A stretch of 24,058 nucleotides of DNA from an uncultured bacterium. Its GTDB lineage: Bacteria > SAR324 > NAC60-12. Below, piece by piece: positions 16,858 through 24,058 of this stretch. The first letter of the stretch is position 1; each line of letters begins with the position of its first letter. The DNA is taken from assembly GCA_964010765.1 (NCBI GenBank), contig CAXGMD010000053.1:1-24058 (forward strand). The letters run 5' to 3'. The translations under genes and the position numbers were made by a program. The notes below the pieces were generated by a model. It worked only from the letters and a program-made list of their open reading frames with translations, was not told the origin of the DNA and did not search any database.

Positions 16858-19113
16858 ATGGATACAGTTTCAGATCAGGCCACCGTACAGGAATCACAAA
16901 AATCGTCTTTGCAGATTAGTTTCTATATTTTTCGCGCGTTGGCATTTGCAGATCGTAACAGGTCAATCGCATCGTTGGTTGGAGTAGTCTTGCTCGTCAC
17001 TCTTTGCGACATTCTTTTCGATGCCGTCCTCTTCGAGCCATATAAGGGTGTCATTGCCTTCTTCAGCGGTAGTTTCCCAGAGGGCTTTGAAGGTGTTGAT
17101 ATGGGGTTCAGTGCGGAAGTCTGGCAAGCCCTTCTAGGAATGATCTTGGGAACTTTGATCCTGGTCATTTCGATTGCTTCCCAAAGTATTCCAAAACTGA
17201 TCGACCTCTACATGAAAGATCTCCCCAGTTTGATCTACGTGTGGTTTTTGATCGTTTCGGGAATGCATGCAATCCTCATCAACCTATATGCCGATATTGA
17301 TCTGGTCCGCCCTGCGAGCCGAGTTTTTAACACCCATATTCTTCTTGTTCTCTCAGCATTTTTTGCATTTCCTTATATTTTCTACATTCTGCGGTATACC
17401 AAACCAAGTAACGTAATTAGTCGCATTTATGGGAACAATATTGATCAAATTCACGATCTGACAACGGAAAGAGCCCAGGCACTTATTACAGTGCCAAATA
17501 TCCGTGAACAGTACCAAGTTCAGATGTTCGAGGCTTTGAACCAGTTGGATGACATTCTAGAGTATGTGTCTTTTAAGGAACTCAAAGCGGATATCATTCA
17601 CCAGATGAGTTTGACGATTCATGAATATGTTCGAGTCAAATCTCATATTGGTGAAGAATTCTTCTCAGTGACGCCCAAAGTGCGAACCGACATCAGCTTT
17701 AAGACTATGATTGGTCAGTACGGGGACATGGAAAAAACAAAGACATTTTATGAGCAGAAGTTATTCCGCCTGCTCGGAAACGTTTACATACGTCAAATTG
17801 AAGATGGATCATTTGATCTGGCTTCATTGGTGGCGGCAGAAATGTCCGAAATCGGTCTAACAGCAATTGAATTAGAGGATGATCGTTTAGTAGATGTCAT
17901 CATCATTCGATTCAACACTCTTCTTCGATTTGCGATCAAGCATGCGATCAAGAACAACGAAGCTAGAAACCTTTATAACGTCGCGTTCCACTATGGGAAT
18001 TTTGTAAATCATCTGGCAGATTATCAGCGGATTGATTACCTCAAACGCTGCTTCATGTACTTCAGAATTTATGGTATTGAAATCTTTAAGCATGGGAAAA
18101 ATAGCCCTGCTCTGTATTTTATTGTCGATGTCATTGCCACTGAGATGAAAAAACTGTTGGAGAAGGTTTATAACGAGAAGTGGGATAGGGATTTACAAAC
18201 TCATCTGCTTGGAGAAATTCTGCAGGTTGATAACCCACCGGATGTTAATAAAGAGGACCTAGATCAAGGTGTTCTGATAAATAACGGAGTGAGAATTCTG
18301 CAGATTGGATTGGCTCTTTTCTATGAGCGACATAATGATGAGGAGTTTGTTGAGAAAATTCTTAAAGACGTAATGGATGATGTTAACGTTCTCGGGGAAA
18401 TTAACTTTAGCAAGGTAATTGAAATCTCATGTGGTCGATTGAAATTCGCAGGACCCACCTTTTGGGAAGATACTGACCGTGGAAATCTCAATATTTATTA
18501 CACACCAGATCAAAATTTAGTCGATGGTTTCAAGGTAAAACTATACGAACGCGCACGTCTAAAATTAATCGAGACGGTCAGCAAAGAGTTCCGTTTGGAA
18601 GAAGAAGAGGCTCAACTTTTGTGGGAGATGTCTAGATTGATGGATGTTAAAGATTACAAGGCAATTTCTAAGAAGGCCGAAATATTTGAGCAGTCAATTC
18701 AGAAATTAGGACAACTGGACTATAAGAAGTTAGATCTCTTGGTGAAGCTAAGGGAGAAGTTGAGGTTCACCTCCGAAAACCCGGATCTGGTTGTGGGAAA
18801 TTCCCGTCAGGTAGCTCCAGGAGTACAGCTAACTGCAAGTTATAGATCACCCACAGATCATCAAAAGAATGAAGAGTTCAGCGCTCTTGTCAGGTTTAAC
18901 TCTCCGAATTTCATTTATATTGAACCCAGTGACCTAAAACAACTTCCTGCCTCAAATAAAGAGCAGCCGCTGCCAATCACATTCCGTTTCACGACAAGCC
19001 GACATAAGCGTGTTTACCAGTTTACTTCACAGTTTGATCCATCAAAACCTCAGGAGCGGAACCTGTATCGTGTTCTGCACACCGAGAAGGTGAAAATCAT
19101 CGCAGAGGGCTAA
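16858..19113 (+). CDS. Large membrane protein: N-terminal TM block (DUF2254-like), helical cytoplasmic region, C-terminal YcgR-N/PilZN-like module
   Basis: Long uninterrupted ORF with 4-5 N-terminal hydrophobic segments. Domain calls are pattern recognition only. ATG 16858 preferred over TTG 16849. Confidence 0.7.
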   Translation: MDTVSDQATVQESQKSSLQISFYIFRALAFADRNRSIASLVGVVLLVTLCDILFDAVLFEPYKGVIAFFSGSFPEGFEGVDMGFSAEVWQALLGMILGTLILVISIASQSIPKLIDLYMKDLPSLIYVWFLIVSGMHAILINLYADIDLVRPASRVFNTHILLVLSAFFAFPYIFYILRYTKPSNVISRIYGNNIDQIHDLTTERAQALITVPNIREQYQVQMFEALNQLDDILEYVSFKELKADIIHQMSLTIHEYVRVKSHIGEEFFSVTPKVRTDISFKTMIGQYGDMEKTKTFYEQKLFRLLGNVYIRQIEDGSFDLASLVAAEMSEIGLTAIELEDDRLVDVIIIRFNTLLRFAIKHAIKNNEARNLYNVAFHYGNFVNHLADYQRIDYLKRCFMYFRIYGIEIFKHGKNSPALYFIVDVIATEMKKLLEKVYNEKWDRDLQTHLLGEILQVDNPPDVNKEDLDQGVLINNGVRILQIGLALFYERHNDEEFVEKILKDVMDDVNVLGEINFSKVIEISCGRLKFAGPTFWEDTDRGNLNIYYTPDQNLVDGFKVKLYERARLKLIETVSKEFRLEEEEAQLLWEMSRLMDVKDYKAISKKAEIFEQSIQKLGQLDYKKLDLLVKLREKLRFTSENPDLVVGNSRQVAPGVQLTASYRSPTDHQKNEEFSALVRFNSPNFIYIEPSDLKQLPASNKEQPLPITFRFTTSRHKRVYQFTSQFDPSKPQERNLYRVLHTEKVKIIAEG

Positions 19114-19138
19114 CTTTCTACCTTGTTGAGGAATTGTC

Positions 19139-19438
19139 ATGTCTGACGCCAAAGCTGATCGCAAACAGTATCAAATTACAGTCAACGGTAACCGATTTGC
19201 GATTGCAAGTCCTTATGGCGAAGAGCACATAAGGAAAGTGGAGAGCTTCTTGGAACAACAAATTTCAACGATTCAGCAAAGCTCTAGCTCCATTTCCTCC
19301 AGTAATTTATACTTGTTGGTAGCCTTGAATCTGGCTGATCAGTTGATGAGACAGAAGCAGCAACCGCAGTATGATGAGATGGAAAAAAATCTTCGTGATC
19401 TTTGCGAAAGACTTGATCAGGTTCTCGTCCAAGCCTGA
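19139..19438 (+). CDS. zapA: Cell division protein ZapA
   Basis: ITVNG.RF.I, EEH..KV..FL, LLVALNLADQL pattern with coiled-coil tail; GAGG RBS; followed by 6S RNA as usual. Confidence 0.85.
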   Translation: MSDAKADRKQYQITVNGNRFAIASPYGEEHIRKVESFLEQQISTIQQSSSSISSSNLYLLVALNLADQLMRQKQQPQYDEMEKNLRDLCERLDQVLVQA

Positions 19439-19444
19439 ATTCAC

Positions 19445-19473
19445 TTGCCCAGATGGGCTGTATTCGATAGGAT
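19445..19473 (+). promoter_or_regulatory. Possible promoter for 6S RNA
   Basis: TTGCCC (19445-19450), 17 nt spacer, TAGGAT (19468-19473). Confidence 0.35.
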
Positions 19474-19514
19474 TTAGTATGGTCTAAAAATCACATTGCC
19501 TGTGATTTTTTGCC

Positions 19515-19696
19515 GAGAAGTCCTGCGGTTCTCGTGATGACAAACTTTTGTTGCCTTTTCATCACCACGCGGAGATTGTCCCTGAGAATGGTGAGCACGC
19601 CTTTATCAAGGAAGCCTAAAATTCTTACACGCTTCTCCACCTATTCGGGCTAGGCATCAAATGCCCATTTGTTCACACGGTTCTCGTGGGCTTCTC
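19515..19696 (+). ncRNA. ssrS: 6S RNA
   Basis: 182 nt directly after zapA. Ends pair (GAGAAGTCC/GGGCTTCTC); further arms GACAAA/TTTGTT, TGCCT/AGGCA, GGAGA/TCTCC, TGAGAAT/ATTCTTA around a central bubble, giving the 6S rod shape. Confidence 0.8.
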
Positions 19697-19728
19697 CCCC
19701 TCCCCTTCATTCCCACATTTGCTTCCTC

Positions 19729-20640
19729 ATGGAACTGCTACTTCAAGAATTTATGGAATGGTTGAAGTCGCAATCCTACTCAGAAAGTAGCCTGAAAAAC
19801 CACCACGATGACACTCAGCAGTTTCTACAATGGTATGCAGCCACCACAGAGGCAGGAGATCTCGTAAAGGTCAATCGCTCGCTTATGGAACAATACCGAG
19901 ATCAGTTGCTTGATTTTATGCAACCCAGCTCGGTTTGCCGTCATCTCTCTTCCCTGAAACTATTTTTAAATTGTGCAGAGGGAAAGAACTGGATTCGTGT
20001 CAACCCACTACATCTTGTAAAGTTTCCTGAAATTCCTCCAAAACCCCCAGAACTCTTGAGTACAAAAGAGGTTGAAGATTTATTGGAGGCTCCTTCAGAT
20101 GATCATTATCTTGGACTGCGAGATCGGGCAATGTTGGAGCTGCTCTATTCAAGTGGTTTGAAAGTCCACGAATTATTGAATTTAGACATCTCAGATTTAT
20201 TTTTGGACTTGGGTTTTCTGAAGGTGCGAGGTCGAAGGGAGCGAATGGTTCCGGTCACTACAATGGCGATTGAGGTCCTTCAAAAATACCTCAAACAAGG
20301 CAGGCAAGGCAGGCTGCGTTACGAAGCAGATTTATGCTTATTTCCCAATAGAGATGGTGAGAGGATGACGAGGATTGGGTTCTGGTTCATGATTAAGAAG
20401 CACGCAAAACGAGCTAGAATTCAGAGCCGTATCAATGCACGTATCCTCCGTCATTCGTTCGCAGCGCACTTGTTGGAGAATGGGCTAGATTTGACTGATC
20501 TGGCTCAACTCTTTGGATACGTCAGCTTGGATGCTACTCTTCAATATGCCCATATCAACCGACCAGATTATGTTGAGGTTTATCGGAGATGTCACCCAGG
20601 GATCGTCGGAGTTGTGAATCGAGATCAGAATGGGTCGTAA
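19729..20640 (+). CDS. XerD-like tyrosine recombinase homologue with degenerate active site
   Basis: RDRAMLELLYSSG, ERMVP, MTRIGFW, LRHSFA.HLLENG.DL, terminal Y...HP. Start moved to ATG 19729 because the listed TTG 19669 lies inside 6S RNA. Confidence 0.85.
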   Translation: MELLLQEFMEWLKSQSYSESSLKNHHDDTQQFLQWYAATTEAGDLVKVNRSLMEQYRDQLLDFMQPSSVCRHLSSLKLFLNCAEGKNWIRVNPLHLVKFPEIPPKPPELLSTKEVEDLLEAPSDDHYLGLRDRAMLELLYSSGLKVHELLNLDISDLFLDLGFLKVRGRRERMVPVTTMAIEVLQKYLKQGRQGRLRYEADLCLFPNRDGERMTRIGFWFMIKKHAKRARIQSRINARILRHSFAAHLLENGLDLTDLAQLFGYVSLDATLQYAHINRPDYVEVYRRCHPGIVGVVNRDQNGS

Positions 20641-21856
20641 GCGTGTCTTCGTCACAGGCATGGGAATATTCTGTCCACTCGGTGGTGAAATAAAAGAATT
20701 CTGGAATAATCTCTCCCACGGGAAATCAGGTGTCCATCACATCACCAGATTCGATCCAACCCCCTCCCTGACTCAGGTCGCTGGGATCATTCAAAATTAT
20801 GATGCTAAGGGTTATTTTTCGCCCAGAGAGCAGCGATCTTGTGAAGCCTTTGTACAATACGGTTTGCTTGCAGCAAGAGAAGCAATAGCACAGTCTGAAA
20901 TTACTGGTCCTGACCTAGCTAAATGTGCTGTTGTTGCTGGGACGGGAATTGGGGGAATTGTTTCCTATAAACCTGCGTACGACGCACTATATCTTCCAGA
21001 GACAAATAAGAAGATCAATGCTTTCACAATTCCCAGAATGATGAATAATGCGCTCTCAGCACAGATTGCAATCAATCATGGCTGCAAGGGTCGGAATCTC
21101 ACTGTAAATACAGCCTGTTCTTCTGGAGCAAATGCAATTGGTATTGGTGCAGAATGGCTCCAGGCAGGTCTTTATGACACGGTAATTTGTGGAGGAGCCG
21201 AAGCCCCTGTTACTTATGAATTACTACGAACATGGGAGGCGATGGGAGTGCTCTCAAGGAGTAAGGAAAATCCGGAACGGGTATGTAAGCCATTTGCGAT
21301 GGATCGAGATGGCTTTGTGCTCAGTGAGGGAGCTGCTATGATCGTTCTTGAGACAGAGGAGTCCTGCAATCGAAGAAATCAATCACCGATCGCAGAGCTG
21401 ATTGGGTTTGCTTCGAATTGTGATGCAGAAAGTTTAACAAGCCCAGAACTGGAGGGAGTGAGCCAAGCAATTCAAAAGGCTATGAAAGATTCAGAGATAT
21501 CCCCAATTGATGTAGATTGCATAAATCTACATGGAACGGGTACGAAGTTGAATGATCAAATGGAAGGAGCGGCAATCAAGAAAATCTTTGGTGATCAAAT
21601 TCCTCCTTGTACTGCCAGTAAGTCGCAATTAGGACATAGCATGGGGGCTGCTTCTGCTATTGAAGCGGTCGTTTCTGCACTATCCATTCAGCATCAAGTC
21701 GTTCCACCAAGCTTGAACTGTCAACCTACTGACCCGGCATGTCATCTGCAAAATCTCTCACCAGTTTCACGCAAACATAAAATCCAAAATGTGCTTTCAA
21801 ACTCCTTTGCCTTTGGAGGCAGCAACGCTTGCTTGGTGTTTCGCTCATGCAACTAA
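20630..21856 (+). CDS. Beta-ketoacyl-ACP synthase (FabF-like)
   Basis: RVFVTGMG, TACSSG (catalytic Cys), DGFVLSEGA, HGTGT..ND, KSQLGHSMGA, SNSFAFGG; Cys-His-His triad intact. Confidence 0.92.
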   Translation: MGRKRVFVTGMGIFCPLGGEIKEFWNNLSHGKSGVHHITRFDPTPSLTQVAGIIQNYDAKGYFSPREQRSCEAFVQYGLLAAREAIAQSEITGPDLAKCAVVAGTGIGGIVSYKPAYDALYLPETNKKINAFTIPRMMNNALSAQIAINHGCKGRNLTVNTACSSGANAIGIGAEWLQAGLYDTVICGGAEAPVTYELLRTWEAMGVLSRSKENPERVCKPFAMDRDGFVLSEGAAMIVLETEESCNRRNQSPIAELIGFASNCDAESLTSPELEGVSQAIQKAMKDSEISPIDVDCINLHGTGTKLNDQMEGAAIKKIFGDQIPPCTASKSQLGHSMGAASAIEAVVSALSIQHQVVPPSLNCQPTDPACHLQNLSPVSRKHKIQNVLSNSFAFGGSNACLVFRSCN

Positions 21857-22104
21857 GCGAAGAAGAAATCCGAGACGTTTGCCTTGAGACAATTGCTCGG
21901 GAACTAGATCTCCCTCTGGAAGTCGTGAAGTTGGATTCAAATCTAAGAGATGATCTGGATCTGACATCTTTGGATGCGATGAACGTGATTATGGCCTTGG
22001 AAGATGAATTTGGTCAGGAAGCCGACATCGAGCAAATCTTGGAACTACAGACCGTTCAACAACTGGTAGCCTATCTATTGAATCTTCTTCAACAACCTAA
22101 GTGA
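21847..22104 (+). CDS. Acyl carrier protein
   Basis: Small acidic protein with DLDLTSLDAMNVIMALEDEFG (phosphopantetheine Ser) and TVQQL; ATG 21847 overlaps the fabF stop. Confidence 0.88.
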   Translation: MQLSEEEIRDVCLETIARELDLPLEVVKLDSNLRDDLDLTSLDAMNVIMALEDEFGQEADIEQILELQTVQQLVAYLLNLLQQPK

Positions 22105-22138
22105 TTGCCTGTACCACCCGAGTAGAAATGGAGTCTTC

Positions 22139-23005
22139 ATGAAAGGTGTGATTTTAGCGGCAGGGTATGCAACGAGATTTTTACCAGCTTCTAAGACGAT
22201 TCCGAAGGAAATGTTTCCTCTGATTGACCGACCAGTGATTGATTTCATTGTTCAAGAGATGGTGGATTCTGGTATTGAAGATATCCTTTTGGTATCTTCA
22301 CGCAGAAAAAAAGTTTTAGAAGACTATTTTGATCGAGAAGTTGAGCTAGACTCAGCTTTTTCCAAAGCGAACTCCATGGAAAAACTGGAGTTAATCAAGC
22401 CAACGAGTGCAAATATCTTTACATTGAGACAACAAGAGATGATGGGCACGGGCAATGCCCTGATGCTTGTAGAACCCTTTGTCCAGGATGCTCCTTTTGT
22501 GGTGGCCTATCCTGATGACATCGTGATGGGGGATCCTCCGTTGACTCTACAATTGATTGAAGCTTACAAGGAAACAGGGAATACGATCCTGACTGTGGAA
22601 GCACTTCCTGAAGAAGATATCTCACGCTATGGAGTGATTGATCCGGTTAATGAAGGTGAAATTATGGGGGTCAGACAGATGGTGGAAAAGCCAGCTCCGG
22701 GGACTGAACCCAGTAACTATGCGTCTTATGGTCGATACTTATATACCCCAGAAATCTTTGATGCACTTCGTGCGACAGATAATACTCACGAGCATCAAGG
22801 TGAATTTACACAGACGGAAGCGATTAATCAGTTGGCTTTAAGAGGCAGGGTTTCAGCTGTCAAAATGAAAGGGACACGTTACGATGTAGGGGAGCCCTTG
22901 GGATATTTGTTGTCCTCACTACAATTTGGTTTGAGGCAGGATCGCTTTCAAAAAACGTTAATCTCTGAAATGGAGAGAATTCTGCAGCAGGAAAATCTAA
23001 AATGA
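22139..23005 (+). CDS. galU: UTP--glucose-1-phosphate uridylyltransferase
   Basis: ILAAGYATRFLPASKTIPKEM, RQ...GTGNA, YPDD, VEKP, GRY; GGAG RBS. Confidence 0.88.
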   Translation: MKGVILAAGYATRFLPASKTIPKEMFPLIDRPVIDFIVQEMVDSGIEDILLVSSRRKKVLEDYFDREVELDSAFSKANSMEKLELIKPTSANIFTLRQQEMMGTGNALMLVEPFVQDAPFVVAYPDDIVMGDPPLTLQLIEAYKETGNTILTVEALPEEDISRYGVIDPVNEGEIMGVRQMVEKPAPGTEPSNYASYGRYLYTPEIFDALRATDNTHEHQGEFTQTEAINQLALRGRVSAVKMKGTRYDVGEPLGYLLSSLQFGLRQDRFQKTLISEMERILQQENLK

Positions 23006-23017
23006 TCAGCTTGTATT

Positions 23018-23509
23018 TCAACGAAGGGTAGCTTGTTCCAAAAGTGCGTAGGCCTCGCAAGTATCTCTTTCAGGCATCGTTGAATCTGGAAACCACTGCT
23101 GGATTAGACATTCTTCTTCGCAGCCTTTCTGCCAGGGATAGAGGTTGTTTTCATCAGGCCAAATCAAGCGGAGTCTGCCATTGGTCATAGGCTTGCCAAG
23201 TGGATCAATTGGGTTTTCCACAAGGATCAAATCAACTCCATCTACAATATCTTCAAAATGGCAGTTGGCATGAAATTTTTCACCATTGACGACTCGTCTG
23301 GCCAATTCATTTAGCAACATTGCAGCGATTTCTTGATTCAGGCCGATGAGTTCAATCTCTTGGTGTTCATAGCCCCAGCTTAGACCAACTGTGTGTGTGA
23401 AAAGTTCATCGCGGTAAATTGACGAAATGAGACTCCAACCATACTGATCCAAATCGGCGCGAATCTTTGCATAAACGGTTTCCCTGGTGGGAAAATCAGA
23501 TGGTTCCAT
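23018..23509 (-). CDS. DUF4262-like protein
   Basis: YGW...FTHTVGL...H.EI...GL...A..LLN, and LIWPD....YPW pattern recalled from DUF4262. ATG 23509 (or GTG 23518). Confidence 0.65.
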   Translation of the reverse strand: MEPSDFPTRETVYAKIRADLDQYGWSLISSIYRDELFTHTVGLSWGYEHQEIELIGLNQEIAAMLLNELARRVVNGEKFHANCHFEDIVDGVDLILVENPIDPLGKPMTNGRLRLIWPDENNLYPWQKGCEEECLIQQWFPDSTMPERDTCEAYALLEQATLR

Positions 23510-23590
23510 GAGAATCACTTTTTAGGAGGTTTCAATCCAATGAAACACACAAACTTGCCAATTACGTATATTTTGTAACTAAAGGGCGTG

Positions 23591-23941
23591 ATGGTAGCTC
23601 AAATTAAGAAAAAAAGAAAACAAACTCCCTGGCATCGATTAGAGGGCACTACCAATTTCTATCCTCAGTATCTAGATGGGGCAAGAGACCGGGTTACTCC
23701 AATTGCACCGATACAACCAAACGAATTCCAGAGAGTGGAGCCTCGCTATCAATTGTCTATGAGTGAGACAAGAGATACAGGACTGGGGCCAATGTTCTTG
23801 GAAGTAGAATATCCAACTCCGGAACAGCGAGCAAATGGTGCAGTCACTGCCAAGCAACGTGAAGAAAAAAAGGAACCAGAGCCACTCTTCAAGTGTCCTG
23901 TCCATGCGAAGAAAAAAGTGCGGACAGACAAGTGGGGTTAA
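23591..23941 (+). CDS. Hypothetical protein
   Basis: 116-aa ORF divergent from the DUF4262-like gene, with AAAGGG upstream; fills otherwise empty sequence; no recognisable family. Confidence 0.5.
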   Translation: MVAQIKKKRKQTPWHRLEGTTNFYPQYLDGARDRVTPIAPIQPNEFQRVEPRYQLSMSETRDTGLGPMFLEVEYPTPEQRANGAVTAKQREEKKEPEPLFKCPVHAKKKVRTDKWG

Positions 23942-23950
23942 TTGAGAGAG

Positions 23951-24058
23951 TTAGGCCGAATCCCCCCTTTTACCATCATCAATATTTTCCAAAAAGTAGT
24001 CCCATACTTGTTGTGTCACAGGTCCTGACACAGTGTTCCTTTTCCTAAGCAAGTAAAC
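23951..24058 (-). CDS. 3' end of a gene entering from the right edge, possibly a LysR-type regulator C-terminus
   Basis: Open minus frame from the edge: VYLLRKRNTVSGPVTQQVWDYFLENIDDGKRGDSA*. Strand-loop-P-helix pattern is reminiscent of LysR substrate-domain ends; only 35 aa visible. Confidence 0.35.
   Translation of the reverse strand, partial: VYLLRKRNTVSGPVTQQVWDYFLENIDDGKRGDSA

Noticed and set aside
19526..19688. 11-bp direct repeat CGGTTCTCGTG (19526-19536 and 19678-19688) next to a recombinase gene, resembling att sites
   Set aside because: Both copies are opposing strands of the 6S RNA closing stem and its internal loop; they flank no cargo.
19669..19728. N-terminal 20 codons of the listed 323-aa recombinase ORF
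   Set aside because: They overlap the 6S RNA 3' arm and a pyrimidine tract; ATG 19729 gives a normal ~300-aa Xer length.
19729..20640. Prophage or island integrase interpretation
   Set aside because: XerD-specific motifs, housekeeping neighbours, no phage or mobility genes, and a degenerate active site.
1..24058. CRISPR arrays, IS elements, rRNA, riboswitches
   Set aside because: No spaced repeats, transposase ORFs or recognisable aptamer motifs seen by eye; intergenic regions are short. An Rfam/Infernal scan would be needed to exclude them fully.

Overview
Mostly housekeeping chromosome from a moderately AT-rich Gram-negative bacterium. It encodes Tol-Pal parts and Kdo8P synthase; its overall style suggests a deltaproteobacteria-like lineage such as marine SAR324, which is inference only. 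Gene order: partial Pal/OmpA-domain gene, tolQ, tolR; tatA and a small lipoprotein on the minus strand; ffh-rpsP-rimM-trmD-rplS-rnhB-yraN-rpsT; a Bacillus-type (diheme) sdhCAB; kdsA; a PMCA-type P-ATPase; an MFS transporter; tandem tRNA-His(GUG) and tRNA-Arg(UCG); an orphan ABC ATPase; a ~750-aa membrane protein; zapA; 6S RNA; a XerD-like gene coupled to fabF-acp-galU; a DUF4262-like gene; and two poorly defined ORFs. No CRISPR array, IS element or prophage was seen. The strongest oddities: (1) the XerD homologue has lost four of its six catalytic residues yet is intact and overlaps a second FabF/ACP pair; (2) the Ca-ATPase ends in a tail resembling the C-terminal module of Rpn/YhgA nucleases; (3) the large membrane protein ends in a YcgR-N/PilZN-like module with no PilZ motif; (4) the Arg tRNA has a UCG rather than ACG anticodon. 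All family assignments come from motif recognition by eye, not database searches.
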